Shown: positions 25,974 to 38,617 of the stretch, piece by piece
How positions within the stretch are numbered: the stretch's first letter is position 1
Layout of the letters: every line of letters starts with the position of its first letter
Assembly (NCBI GenBank): GCA_030295235.1
Contig: AP026130.1
Coordinates: 558,001-622,000 of the forward strand
Length of the DNA: 64,000 nucleotides
Direction: 5' to 3'
Source: Fistulifera solaris
Taxonomy: Eukaryota
Made by a program: the position numbers and the translations under genes
The notes under the pieces: model-generated
What the model saw: only the letters and a program-made list of their open reading frames with translations
Told to the model about the DNA's origin: nothing
Databases searched by the model: none

Positions 25974-27487
25974 ATGACAAGAAAGAGGAAAGCAGCCGGG
26001 TTGAGCGGCACGCAGCAGACGGGAACGAGTACAAACCGTGACGACAGTAACGAGAATTCTTCCTGTTGTATCCGAGTCACATCGAATAAAAATGATGATG
26101 ACGAAGAATCTCTTTGCAACAACTATTAGGGCCGTTATCCAAAGACTTATTCATGTCAAAGTATTTTCGTGCCAAAGCAGTGCACGTGAAGTCTTCTGTC
26201 GCACGCTTTCAAGGTTTAACGGAGGAATTGTCCGATGCGGAACGGATTCTACAAGAAACGTCATCAGAATCGATCTTCGTATGGCTGCCTTCGAACAAGT
26301 CTTCAAAAGAGTCTCACATCAAATCGATTGAAGTTTCGGATCCCGGAGCAGCGTATGCCCTACTGCAAGCCGGACATGCTACGTACTGCCGAGCGCCTCC
26401 GCACATTGAAGAACATTTAGTGCGTCGACTCTTACAAGATACGCAAATTGGTTGCGGGTGTCAACATTCTGCTTTGGCGAGAGGAGAAGTTGAAGTCTTT
26501 ATTGGAGCTACTTCTGGGCAGGTCACAGGATGGCACATGGATTTTCAAGAAAATTTCACCCTACAACTGACCGGGAAAAAGCAATGGGATCTAAAAGCGA
26601 GCACCGTCCAACATCCGTTACGAGGCGTGACTCCTCATTATGCATCTCCCGAAATGGTGGAACCACAGCTCAAGGCGGCTCGACTGGCGGATCCCAGCTT
26701 CCAGTTTGATCATCCCAGCGAGAGTAACAGTGTCGGTGAAATCGAAACGGTAGTCGTGGGGCCGGGTGATGTGTTGTATCATCCAGCGGGGATCTGGCAT
26801 CGAGTCAAAGTTCTCGAACCGGGTATTTCGATCAACATATCACTCATGGCATCAAATTATGCAACGTTGGTTTGTCAGTCCCTACAGCAGTATCTATTGC
26901 AACGTCCGGCTTGGCGACAACTGATACAGGGTCCGGCGCCGCTGGACGGTTTGCTCGCGGAGCTGCCCGATATTATCCATCAGTTCATTCGCGAAACAGG
27001 AACCAACGGTATACTTCCACCAGTGATTCAAGAGGGCGGGATAAAAACGGCTGAAGACGATGGTGACAACGATGAAATGAGCGGTAATGATAGTGAGGCG
27101 TCGAGTGCTGCTGCTGTTGACGACGAAATTGTAGATGCAGACTCCTTTCCGGTGCATTACAGTTTGGAAGATTTCAAGAGGCTTGTCTTAACAATTAATC
27201 CTTTAGCATCCATGCTCGACCAGAACGAGGTTCGGAAGTATTACCACGGAAAGCCAGAGACCACTACGACTGAAAGCATCAAAATATTGAACGTCAACTT
27301 TGCGGGAAACGAGAATCACGAGAGCCTAGTGCGAGTTACGTTTCGGACTAAACATTACGATGTAGTAGACGAGTATTTGACGAAAACAGACGGAGTTCTA
27401 TTGCCACGAGAAACCGTTCCGTTGTCGAATTTCTTGATTCACTACGGATACATCATCGGAACACCGACAGCGGAGATGAAGCGATAA
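25974..27487 (+). CDS. JmjC/cupin 2-oxoglutarate Fe(II) oxygenase (RoxA/NO66/Cupin_4-like)
   Basis: WHMDFQENFTLQLTGKKQW and GPGDVLYHPAGIWHRV supply the HxD...H triad. The basic N-terminus MTRKRK from ATG 25974 is joined through a frameshift at about 26114. Confidence 0.85.
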
Positions 27488-27741
27488 AAATAAATGACAG
27501 AATTAATCATATGAAACATTGGCTCTTGTAGAATCTAACCTAATTTCGTCTTGGGTAGCTTCAAATACGACTCCAAGTCACAGACATTCGTGACTCCAAG
27601 TAGCGACACGCACGAGACACGGGGAGAAGCATTTTTGCAAACAACGCGTGTGTGCCTAGCTTGAACGACGAATCTTGCAACTCATTATTTATCTCTTCCT
27701 TGCATTAAGATAAATTAAAACAAATCATCTTACTGTTTATC

Positions 27742-29646
27742 ATGCCTAGTTTCGTTCCTCGAGTGGCGACGTTGCTGTGTCTGCCGCTTCTTCAGCCAGC
27801 CGCGTCGTTCCACGTACCTGGCTTTACGAGACCTCATCGACCTCATACCTATCTTCGAGTATCCGAGAATTTTCTCAGTTTTGAAGACGGTACCAACAGT
27901 CAAATTGCACAGCATGCGGATGATCCGATTGTGGGAGAGCTGGTTCCTGAGCACGATGGAGCGAATGGCGAGTCGGATCTATTGACGACCCTCCCTCGTC
28001 ATTCGAATCCTCGTGTGACCGAGATTCTGATCAAGACAGAGCAGCTGCTGCAGCAGTTTCACAAAGCGGCACAAAAAATGAAATTAGAGGAAGTCGCAGC
28101 TGATAAAGAATCAGAAGAACGGGAAGAAAGTATTTTTGCAAATAATTACGTGGACCTGGGAAAAATCGATACTATCGGCTTCGATTACGATTATACACTT
28201 GTGACGTACACAGACGATCTTCTCGACCTCATTTACGAAAAAGCCCTCGCCCGCTTGGTGAGCGATCGTCAGTATCCGTCCGAAATGCTTGAAGCGGGGC
28301 TCAAATACGATCCTTTCTTTTCCATTCGAGGCTTGGCGGTCGATAAGGAGACCGGATGGATTACTCATTTATCATACACTCACAAAGTCGCTGTTGCATG
28401 GGAGGGCAGAACGAAGCTTCCCACATCACGTTTACTACAAGAATATCGCATGAAGCGAGCTCTCGACCCCGCTGGTCGTAAAAAGCGCTTAAAACCCCTG
28501 AATGATCTGTTTTCAATGTCAGAGTGTTGCCTGATTGCTGACACCATTCAATTCTTCAAAGATCGCAATATAGCGTACAGTCCAAAAAACGTCGTCAACG
28601 ACGTGCTCAAGGCAGTGACTGAAACCCATTTATCCGGAGAATTTCACCGACTTGTTGCAGCTCACCCAGAACGATATTTCCGACCAACCCCACACCTTTC
28701 TCAGGTTTTGAGCAATTTCAAAGCTGCTGGAAAGCGCCTTATTTTCGTTTCCAACTCTCCTTTTTGGTATGTTGATGCCGGGATGAAATATATTTTTGGT
28801 CACGACTGGCTGAAGGAGTGGGATGCTATTATTACAAGTAAGTAATGCGAAATGAAAAGATTTTGTGCTCGTGTTGAAAACGATGTACTAATTCATTCCA
28901 TTCCTTTCAGGTGCCGGTAAACCCAATTTTTATACAGATACGTCGCGGCCCTTTCGAGAGGTTTGCCTTGAAACGGGTCGTCTGCTTTTTCGCGAAGTCG
29001 ATAGCTTCGAAGCAGGAAAAGTCTATACTGAAGGTTGTTTGAATGAACTAATGAGATTGATGGATTGGTCACCAAAGCACAACACAGACTATGAATTGAA
29101 CCTTGTGAGCGGCTCGCACGAGGTCGCCACTGCCAATGTACTGTACATTGGCGATTCTCTCTTGCCGATTTAGTGGATGCAAAGCGCCAGTATGGCTGGA
29201 CAACTGCAGCAGTAACGCCCGAGGTCGGATACGAAATGGATGTGCAAAACAAAGCGGATTTTGTCATGTCGCAGCAATCGATCGAACTTCTCTTAAATGC
29301 CTTGCGGATGGTTCAAGATCAGTTGGGGATTACCATGAGAACAAGAGAGGATAAGAAGGTCCTCAACGAGCTGGAAAGGCTTGTTTCCCTGTGGCGTGAC
29401 CGCGAGACCAGCATATTGGGTAATCCATTTGGAAGTGTGTTCAGAGCGCGATACCAGCCTTCTTTGTTCGCTCATTCGTTGCGAAGATACTGTGACCTTT
29501 ACATGACATCAGTAAGCAGCCTTCGTTTCTATAGTCCCGAACATCGGTTTTACCCAGAACAAACACACCGCCTTTTGGCGCACGAAATTCAAGATGGTCC
29601 TACGTGCTTCGATTTTGACAGCTTGATGAGTGAAGAAGCTTCTTGA
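27742..29646 (+). CDS. HAD-superfamily 5'-nucleotidase (NT5C2/NT5DC family) with probable plastid presequence
   Basis: Motifs: IGFDYDYTLV (DxDxT), FSIRGLAVD, VSNS, AGKPNF, LYIGDS-x2-ADL, GWTTAAV, NPFGSVFR, RYCDLYMTSV. Intron 28838-28910. Frameshift at about 29162. N-terminal signal peptide followed by AAS|FHV. Confidence 0.9.
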
Positions 29647-29837
29647 ACTAGTTAGACTGCTAGCTGTGAAAGAAAGATCAATTTCTAAAGCTTCTTGGCC
29701 CATCAAAGAGAGACATGGATGTGTCGATACGCCATGCGTTGCGCACCTTATACACACCAATTAACAATTTGTTGTCTTACTATTATGTCTGTTTGGTATT
29801 GTTAGAACGAAAGTGCGCTCGCAGTCAATCATCGTCG

Positions 29838-30797
29838 TTAACCCGTGATGAAGCGATGAAACAGCAAAGTACACATGGTTGGTACAAAGGTAGAAAGTTT
29901 CAATGAAGCTAACGCTTTTGAAGTCTCGCGTGATTCTGTGTAATTGATCACCCCGAGGTTTTGACTAGGCGGTTCGCTTGTTAATCCGTCGCAAACATAG
30001 TTCTTCGGAATACTTTTTGAGTTTTGACACAAGACGAGCTGAATCCAAGGGTACATCGAAGACACCGTGACGCTAAGCAGAGCCAGGGCAGGAGAACTAC
30101 AGTCGATTGGACTAGCAATAACAGCAACTTGCAGAGCAGAACCTTCGGAATTCAGTAGAAAGGGCGCACCAGCGTCTCCGCTGCAGACTGAAGATCTTTT
30201 GCTGTGAGGTATCGAACAAAACGAGTGTTCAATAATATCGTCACGATAATAAATCGTCTCGTTGGGCTTCTGCCCCCATGATGCGATACAGGCGCCGTCC
30301 GGCACGTACGTGTACGTAGCTGTGACAAGCTGATCTGAAATGTGAGAAGTATTCCAACCGGCGGCAACTAGATCAGCAGAACTCTGTGGAATCAGTGGCT
30401 TGTCGTTTAGTTGAACGGGTAGTTTCGCTCTCTCGCCAGAGTCGAAAAAGATCAAACCAACGTTATAGGGGTCTACGCTGACACCTCCACTTGAACTTGG
30501 ATCTCGCCCAGTGTACTCAGGATGCTTTACTGCTTTCCTAATTGGGTGCGTTTCGTTCGATCCGGTGCCTACTTGTACAACAATTTTTAAGCAATGGGCG
30601 GCCGTGAGGACTGTGTCGTGGGCGATTAGTGTCCCACCACACTTATGATTTCCATCTTCGTCTTTCAAGGTTACCATGAAGGTGAACCTGTCATCAAGGA
30701 CCATTTTACCATTAAAAATAAGGGAACGATCAAGTAAACCAGTTGTCTGGTATAAACTAGCCACCAGCGCACAAAGTTTCACTTGGGCCATCATCAT
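29838..30797 (-). CDS. Trypsin-like (S1) protease homolog, predicted catalytically inactive
   Basis: Signal peptide, IFNG mature-like start, CGGTLIA-x3-VLTAAHC, AAGW. The catalytic Asp site reads YNVGLI and the catalytic Ser site reads GDAGAP. Hydrophobic C-terminus. Confidence 0.85.
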   Translation of the reverse strand: MMMAQVKLCALVASLYQTTGLLDRSLIFNGKMVLDDRFTFMVTLKDEDGNHKCGGTLIAHDTVLTAAHCLKIVVQVGTGSNETHPIRKAVKHPEYTGRDPSSSGGVSVDPYNVGLIFFDSGERAKLPVQLNDKPLIPQSSADLVAAGWNTSHISDQLVTATYTYVPDGACIASWGQKPNETIYYRDDIIEHSFCSIPHSKRSSVCSGDAGAPFLLNSEGSALQVAVIASPIDCSSPALALLSVTVSSMYPWIQLVLCQNSKSIPKNYVCDGLTSEPPSQNLGVINYTESRETSKALASLKLSTFVPTMCTLLFHRFITG

Positions 30798-31125
30798 GAC
30801 TGGTGTATTTGAGGACTTGAGTTGTTTAGTGGCAAACTTCGCCGTCATGCTGATCAAATATGGTATTTCACACGAAAACCTCGCGGACCACCGTTTCGCA
30901 ATTTAACCGTCGGTTTCACACAATGAATTTCCCTTTAAAAGTGCTATGTACTCACGACAATAAATGTCACCTGCCACCTCAACGCTAACGAACTTATGAT
31001 AAACATAAAAAAACTAGTTTAATGAAACTATAACTGCATGAGACAGGAACATCTGTCTTGGAAAACAAGTAAGCTCACTTTTGTTGTGGACTTCTAGCCA
31101 TCGCAAGGTTCACGACGACGACGAC

Positions 31126-34100
31126 TCAATTTGCACGATAGTCAAGTTTCTTGAGCCCCACGAAAGTTAAAACACGTGTCGTGACGACCAGCACAACCAG
31201 ATACAAAATATTCCAGGGGATGCTGTCTACAGACCAATCCGAGAACGAACTCTGCACCCAACCTTCCGCAGTGCCTACGCAGATCTCTTCTGCGTTTGTG
31301 CAACCGAGAGAAATAAAGAAGGGGCTTCCGGGCGATGCTTCGATTGGGGTGTTGTCATTTTCGTACTGACTCATGAAGATTCCTTCAAATATGTAGTGAC
31401 CAGGTGTCACCCAATACATGAAAATCCAAAAGATAGGGATCTCACTGGGTCTTGTCATTATACCCGAAAACATAGCTGTTGTACTAACAAGAACTCCACC
31501 AATAACTTGAGCCGTCTCCGCGTCACGCAACAGGCTCACAAACATCTGACCCAGAAATGTAAACGAGCAAAAGCCTAGCGTAACAAAGAGATAGAAAAGG
31601 AAAAACTTCCCGGCATCGACATCGAACCCCATAATGAAATAAAATGGAATGACGTACATGGTAGACGTCATTAAGACGAATGGGATTTCACAAAAGTGAA
31701 GGCCATTGCGACCGCTGATGGACGATACATCCCCGCGGCTTTGTGACGATAGTACATGTTCCGTTCAAATTCAAATACAGCCAGGACAGTGTTTTGAGCA
31801 TTGACGCACAGGAAGAGAGTCGCTATGAAGACGGAGTTGACACGCGAGTTCATATCGCTCTCGCTCTTGGGTACCCTTTGGGATGCGTAGACACTGGCGA
31901 ACAACATCGCCACCAGAAACGACACCATGACTCTGGTCAAATTATACGCTGGCGAGCGGAAGTAAATTCTGAAAGCCCGCTTGAAAACAGCTCTTGCTTG
32001 AGTGTCTCTAGATGTCGCATATCGTGAAGAATATGTCACCTGGTTTGCGTCGCTTTTCTCGTTAGCGAGCTCTTGAATTCGTTGGAGACATTTTTTGTGT
32101 AAATCAGATTGTGCGTAACATCCCGCAAAATCAAATGGCCTCCCAGCAGTGGCGTGGCTTCCCGCACCGATCGCTGTCAACATCCAGGTCGCAGGGTTTT
32201 CACCAGGCTGAATTCGTGGAGTGGCGTCGTATCGTTCAAAATAACGAATCAAATTTTCGGAATTTTGGCCAAGGTCCCCATGGAACACAACTTCACCGCC
32301 ACGCTTTAGCAAAAGAAGACTGTCGAAGTCATTAAAGATAGCAACGGAAGGTTGGTGAATTGTTGCGCAGACGGCACGGCCTTCGGACGCAATACGCTTC
32401 ATGCCTCGCATGACTATTGCGGCCGCCCGAGCGTCCTGAAAGAAGAGGTGTATAAAGTGCGTACCTATTAGATACAATTGAGGTACTACTAAAAAAGGTT
32501 TTTGAACGTACCAGTCCACTGGTCGGCTCGTCCAGAAACAAAATAGATGGGTTAGCAGCAACTTCCACCGCGATACTCAACCGCTTGCGTTGCTCAAAGG
32601 ACAATCCTCCCTCTTCGTCTGAACCAACTTGCAAATCTTGCAAATTCGTCAGTTCCAACATGTAGAGAACCTGGTCAACGAACTTGGGAATACTCTCTGA
32701 TAGTGTCGTATTCTCGTCCAACCGCAATTGCGCACTGAACTCTACCGTCTCTCTGATAGTTAACTGAGGAGACTGTGTATCGAATTGCTCGACATATCCA
32801 GTGCACCGTCGAAACGACTTCTCTTCTTGGGGATGCCCGTTCATCAAAATCTTTCCCGAAACATCTCCCGTAGACTTACGAAGGGCAAGGACGTCCATGA
32901 GAGTCGTCTTACCAGCTCCTGAGGAACCCATCAACTTTGAAGAGACGAATATATAGTTAGGATTGAAGCGACATGAGGTCAGGGGGTCTGCAGTGTGCAC
33001 TTAACAGCCCTCTGCGGGCCTGAACCGCTTCGTGACTTACCGCTGTCATTTTCCCTGCCTCTATTACGCCATCTACCCCCTTCAGCAACTCCAATTTCTC
33101 GTTCGTTATACTTGATTGAACGACATAATGCACATTTTCAAAAGTCAGGCTGACACGCGGAAATGGAATCTGAACATTTTCCTGGGGCACCTCCATCTCC
33201 TCGTCACCATGGTCTGTCACTAGAGATTGTCCCGTAGCAAATCGGACGTTATTGAGAAAGTAGGTCGTTAGCATGACTGCTACCGACGCGCTTCCTGTTG
33301 CGAACAGAAGTGCATACCAAGCCCACTCTCTAGTATACGGGTCGCCACTTTCATCGGTAAATCCAAATCGCACCAAGGCCATCTGCCCCTCCGTGAAATT
33401 AGTCCCAGGGACAATAGAATCATACTTTCCCGAGTCGAATTCGTTGACAACAAGGCCTCGGAGGGCCCATGCAGTGAAGTTTAGGTAATACAACCAGATG
33501 TAGTAGTTCGGTATGACATCCGGTTGGACAGTGAAGCCCGAAAATAGAACAAACAAGATCGCTGTTAATGCCATACAAGCCTGAGAAGGTGCGTGTGAGG
33601 GATTGGAGTTACAAGACATTCGAAGTGGTCGCTGTCGACGGATCGACACTCACCTGAGCAACTGTCAGTGTTTGTACACCAGCAGAAAAGAATCCGAAGA
33701 ACAATCCGCTTGTCAAACTCATTGTAAAGAGTAACAACCAAAATAAGAAAAAATTTCCGATCGTTGCTCCATCATTGTGCGCTAATCCAGCCAAGAAATA
33801 AACTGCCGTTCCGTAGATGGTTGCGTCCATCAACGCATTGGGAATCGAAGCTAGACTGCGCCCAGCAATATAACACCAAGTAGGAAAGAAATTAGCGTCT
33901 TGCTGCTTGTAGAAGATACTTCTGGCTGGAAACTGTTTTATCACCGAGGTCATACCACCGACAATAACAAAGAACACGCTTTGGAATAGAACGCCCACCA
34001 CACTCTGAATGTCGCTCAACTGAAAGTAAAGTGTACCAACGATGGTCCCCATAATAACTGTCTGCATGATCTTGGCCTTGATTTGATACTTGTCTCTCCA

Positions 34101-35645
34101 CCACAAAGTGAATTCGCGGTCTATCAACAACTTGAGAGACTGAAACGAAGTACTTCGGTAGCGTATGGTTGCCATGGTTTGGACAACCGGAGGCGTTTCG
34201 TGCTGTTGCTCAATGTTTTCGAGGATCGCTTTACCCATTTCACTGGAGTAGAACTTTTCGTGGAATTGCTGAGTCGTCAAGTGTTTCTGCTTCTGATTTG
34301 GATCCTTCAGGTACATCGATCCATCTTTCGGAAGAGCCTGCAGCCAGTCCGCCGCATCCATTCGTTCAGGAATTTCGTAACCCAACTCTTCGAAATAAGG
34401 AATAGCGCGGTCGACCGGGCCGCAATAAATAATTTGACCTTCACTGAGCAAAATGAGCTCGTCGAAATTAGCGACTGTTTCTGGTGGGGGCTGCAACAAA
34501 CTCACGATTCTCACACTGGAAGTCACACGGCTAGCTGCCGCCATGTCGCGAGTAATATCGTACGTTGTAGCCGCATCCAACCCAGTGCTGATTTCGTCCA
34601 TGCAACACACCGGGGTGGACAACACCATCATCTCCGCAACAGTAACACGCTTCCTTTCGCCACCGCTGACACCGCGCACTTTTTGGGAGTCTCCGACAAA
34701 CGTGTCTTTGACGCGAGCCAAACCCAGCAGCTCGAGGACACGCTTCACGACAAAGAAATCTTGGTCCATTTGAGCCACCATGGCTTCGACATCGGCTCCT
34801 TCGCCAAACAGTTCTCTGTGATGCGTTCCACCAGAACGGCACAGCCAGGCAAACTTGCATGTCTCTTCGACAGTCAAAAACGGATGCAAACGATCAATCT
34901 GGTCAATGTAACCCACCAAGTTCGTCCATACAATGTCTTTTGTAGGCTCGATGCCACATACGCTCACTTTTCCTTCAAATTCATGGTTCTTGGAGAGATG
35001 CAGGCCCTGTGAGATCATTTTGAGCAACGTGCTCTTTCCACTACCCGGAGAACCGAGCACCAAGTAAAGCTTTCCTGCTTCCAAATACAGATTGGCATTC
35101 TGGAAGATGACCTTTTCGACTTTTTTCGGTTCGATTGCCACGCAACCATTGTATGACTTTGTTGAGCGGAGATTCCGTGCTGACGGTGCGGATCTTTTGC
35201 TTGGCGCGGCGGTGCCCGCTATGATCCATTTCGTCCGGAGATGCTTCCCTCGAGACGAAATTGGTTACCTTGTAATTGCCATTTTTGAGAACGACGTTAT
35301 ATTCTGGTTGTGTCGCCTTGAGTTTGGCCAGTAGCTCACGGATCTCGCTCGCAATGGCCACGTCTTCTTTCAATAACTCGAGTTGCAGCTTTTCATGGTG
35401 GGCCGCCATCGCATCGGCTTGTCCGGACATGCGACGACACACCGATGGATCCAGCAATGTCTCTTTTAAACGCTCCGGAACTTCCACATTGTTACTGCGA
35501 GTGTTTTGTGTGAGCGCCGATGGTAATGAAAAGAAACACGCCGTACTCCGCTTTTGTTTACTTACGAGGCACACAAATCCAGCAACTCCTGGATGCCGAG
35601 TCGGAGACGCTCAATACGAGCTGCCGCTTCCTCTTCCTCATTCAT
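31126..35645 (-). CDS. Full-size PDR-type ABCG transporter
   Basis: NBD1: GSPGSGKS, GVSGGERKRVT, CMDEISTGLD, LLQPPPE. NBD2: GSSGAGKTTLMDV, GLSFEQRKRLSIAVE, FLDEPTSGLD, TIHQPS. Two TM domains. Introns 35495-35565, 33581-33653, 32935-33040, 32436-32511. Frameshifts at about 35125 and 31692. Confidence 0.93.
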
Positions 35646-36346
35646 CTTGTTCGCGGTCAGACACCTTCTAAGATGTTTTAACTGCTTCGAAGCAAGAGAG
35701 ATGATGAACTAATAGAGGAAACAAAGTAATGAAAAGGTGAATAAGTGCGGAATGGGGTTCGGGTTGGCCGTTTCGGAAAAGATGCGGTTTTTGAAAGATG
35801 ATTTCGCGCGTTTTCTCGCGTCGTCATAATGACCGTGACTGCACGACGGATCGAGTCGTAGAATGTATAATGCGCATGGCGCGTGGCGCGTACCGGTACC
35901 GTGTACAGTTAGTATTGGATATTGGATGTCTTTGCGCGCACGGTCATAATGGACCTTCGCTCCCGATGCTTAGGGCAAAAGAGTACAAAGTAAACAGTCA
36001 TACGTCACACTACAATCTGCACCTTCAAGGCAGAAGGATGGCCACCTACATTTTACACTTATTGTCCAAAGAAATCATGAGGAGCTTTCGTACACTACAG
36101 TATCGAGGAGACAACGCATTCAAAAGGGAGTGCCGGACGCCGGACGCCGGACCGCCCTGCCGAACAACTTTGGGGAACAAAGGAACACGAGCCATCAAAA
36201 ACATCACTCCCATTCTTTTGCATTGTTGATTGCCCAATTTCGACTTCCGAGCACATAAAACACACCCGAAGATTGTTGACAACGTCTGAAATCGCATCGC
36301 ACATTCATAGAACCAGACTATCGACATTGTTCAGAAAAGCGAAGAA

Positions 36347-38617
36347 ATGACAACTCGAATAATACATACCGACGATCCGGAGGAAAATGCCACGCAACCA
36401 CGCGATAGCCTTTCCACGTCTACGATGAGAAAAACCTTTTCGGTCGACTTTACGCAGCTACGACGGCCCGCGTCGCTCGCAGATAAACACATGGCTTCTC
36501 AATTCAGTCTCCGTGCTGCCAGAGGCAGCTTTAGTTCCGGGTAAGTCATGGTCGATGTCACGGTGTTATTGATGCTGCCGAACGGTGTCGACATAACCTC
36601 ATCCATAATGTGCGAATAACTGTGACGTGTTGTTTCGCCTTCCACTCGTTTTTCTCGAGGATGACGCCGAAACGAAAAGGTGTCATCACCACTTTTTCGA
36701 TGATTATTATTTGTTGTTTCTCCCTCCCAACATGCCGACTGCAGCTCCGATGAATCACTTGTGTCGAAAGTATTCGTTTCGAATACTGGTTCTGCAACAA
36801 CCAGATGAACTGCCTATTAATCTTTCAAAGTAGCCCCTCATTCATCTGATACTGATCTGTTATTTATCCTCCTTTTTTCCTTTACAGAATGTTTCAACTC
36901 GAAGAAAACTCACTCGACGAGCCCTCTAAACTATTTTCCACTGAAATAATGGCCTGTCGGTTTGCACCGAGAACGACCTCAATGCGTACTTCCGCTTCTT
37001 GGGAAAATTTACCCCCATCAAATACGAGTGAAACCTTGTTGTGGGGAGATGTTTTACGACGTGCTGCACCGAAAATATCCGTCTTTCTCCTGCTGTTGGG
37101 GAGTCTGACATCCCAATTCGAAATGAGTCCATCGCGGGGATCTTCGATCAGTCTCGGGTCTGCTGCTATATCCTCCGTGACGGATATTCTGTCGCCCATT
37201 CTACCCTTTGCCGGTGGGTTGGATTTGCGACGAGAAGACTATCAATTTTGGTCTACGGGTAACTGGTGGGAGCGCCTACAAGATGTGGTGGAGCAAGTGA
37301 AGGACGCTTTTGAATCAGCAAACGGAGAGCTGGATGATGATGCTACTGGAGATATAAGGCAAAAAGCAAAAGACCTCAGTCTGAAGAAAACAACACAGTA
37401 CAACACTGTGATATCATCACCGACGATGTTTGTCAGCTTGGATATGATCAGCCAGTTGACTCTGGGAGAAGTAGCACAAACTTTCAAGTATGCTGTGGAA
37501 AGCGGTCAATCCAGTTTCTCGGAACAGCAATTCGTGAGCGGTTTGTCTTCGCGCTTGAAACCCGTCATTGCGGCCATGCAAAGCGCCGTCGAGAAGTCCA
37601 GGATGGGTGCTAGTAATAGGATTTTATCTGTCGGTGGCAACAATGGCCAGGTCGATGCTCTCAAGTTTGCCGCAGCTATGCGCATTTTTGCGGAGTGGCG
37701 ATTGTTACGGCAAGTTCCCGAAGGGTACAAGGGTTACGCGGTCGGTATGAGCCTGGGACACAAAGACGTCGTACAGAATGTTGCCAAGATCGAATTGGCT
37801 TCTCAACAATGGCTTGACTATCAAGAAGGACTGCGCATGCTGGAAGGGACAGCCTCTTGTTCGTTCGGTGACAGCGAAGATCTTTACAGTCCAACACTAT
37901 TCGACCTTTTGAACTTTGAAGTGGAACTGGATGTTCATCCTGCCCTTCCACGATTGAAAGAAAAGTCCGCAGCCATGGGCTTGCTGTGGGTGAAGCGTCA
38001 GCTGTTTTATCAGTCCAGTATTTTTGAGAATATTGTGCAAGTGCCATCGCGGTACGAGTCCGCAAAAGACGCCGTCGATGCGGCCTACACTCGAGTTTAC
38101 GGCAAGTACCACGGATGGGCTGTTCAGAAGATCTTCAAGTATTCATTCCAAGCAGCTCCCGAAACGGAAAAGATTTTCCGCCACATGAATCCGCTTCGGT
38201 TGAACGAAGCAAGAGCCGAGGCTTTTCGAGCATTTCGAACGACTGACATGAACAACAACTCCGACGATGATATAGATTTGCAACGCGAGGATGAAATGTC
38301 CGACAACCCGTTCGTCGCGTTTTTGATCACATTGGTGGGGAATGGGACAAGTTTGCCCACCACGTCGCTGGAGAATGGGACAAATTTGCTCGCCATGTCG
38401 TTGAAATCTTTGATAACAAGTCGAGTAATGGTAATGAAATGGTGGGACAACTTGATGGCTCCGCGCTGAGTGAAGAAATGGAGACACTTGTGACGGAGTT
38501 GATGATCCAGGACGCCCGCACCCAGATTGCGTCTTTTTGACCATTGTCAACCCCTTACTGACGGACTTGGAGCTCCTTTTCGACAAGCTCAACATGGATG
38601 ACCCGACAAAAGTCTAA
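36347..38617 (+). CDS. Glycolipid transfer protein (GLTP)-fold protein with long N-terminal extension and hydrophobic segment (paralog 1)
   Basis: Motifs: KDVVQNVAK (D-x3-N-x2-K), GLLWVKRQL, AY-x2-VYGKYHGWAVQKIF, C-terminal LNMDDPTKV. A 347-nt intron 36541-36887 splices in frame. Frameshifts at about 38322 and 38536. Confidence 0.8.
38337..38402 (+). repeat. 33-nt (11-aa) internal tandem duplication: GEWDKFAHHVA / GEWDKFARHVV
   Basis: gaatgggacaagtttgcccaccacgtcg is followed by gaatgggacaaatttgctcgccatgtcg at 33-nt spacing. Confidence 0.8.

Noticed and set aside
34083..35012. 309-aa plus-strand ORF and other long antisense ORFs (e.g. 7563-8132, 16013-16657, 19717-20530, 52928-53485)
   Set aside because: They lie opposite well-supported genes, have no recognisable motifs, and are expected shadows of codon bias.
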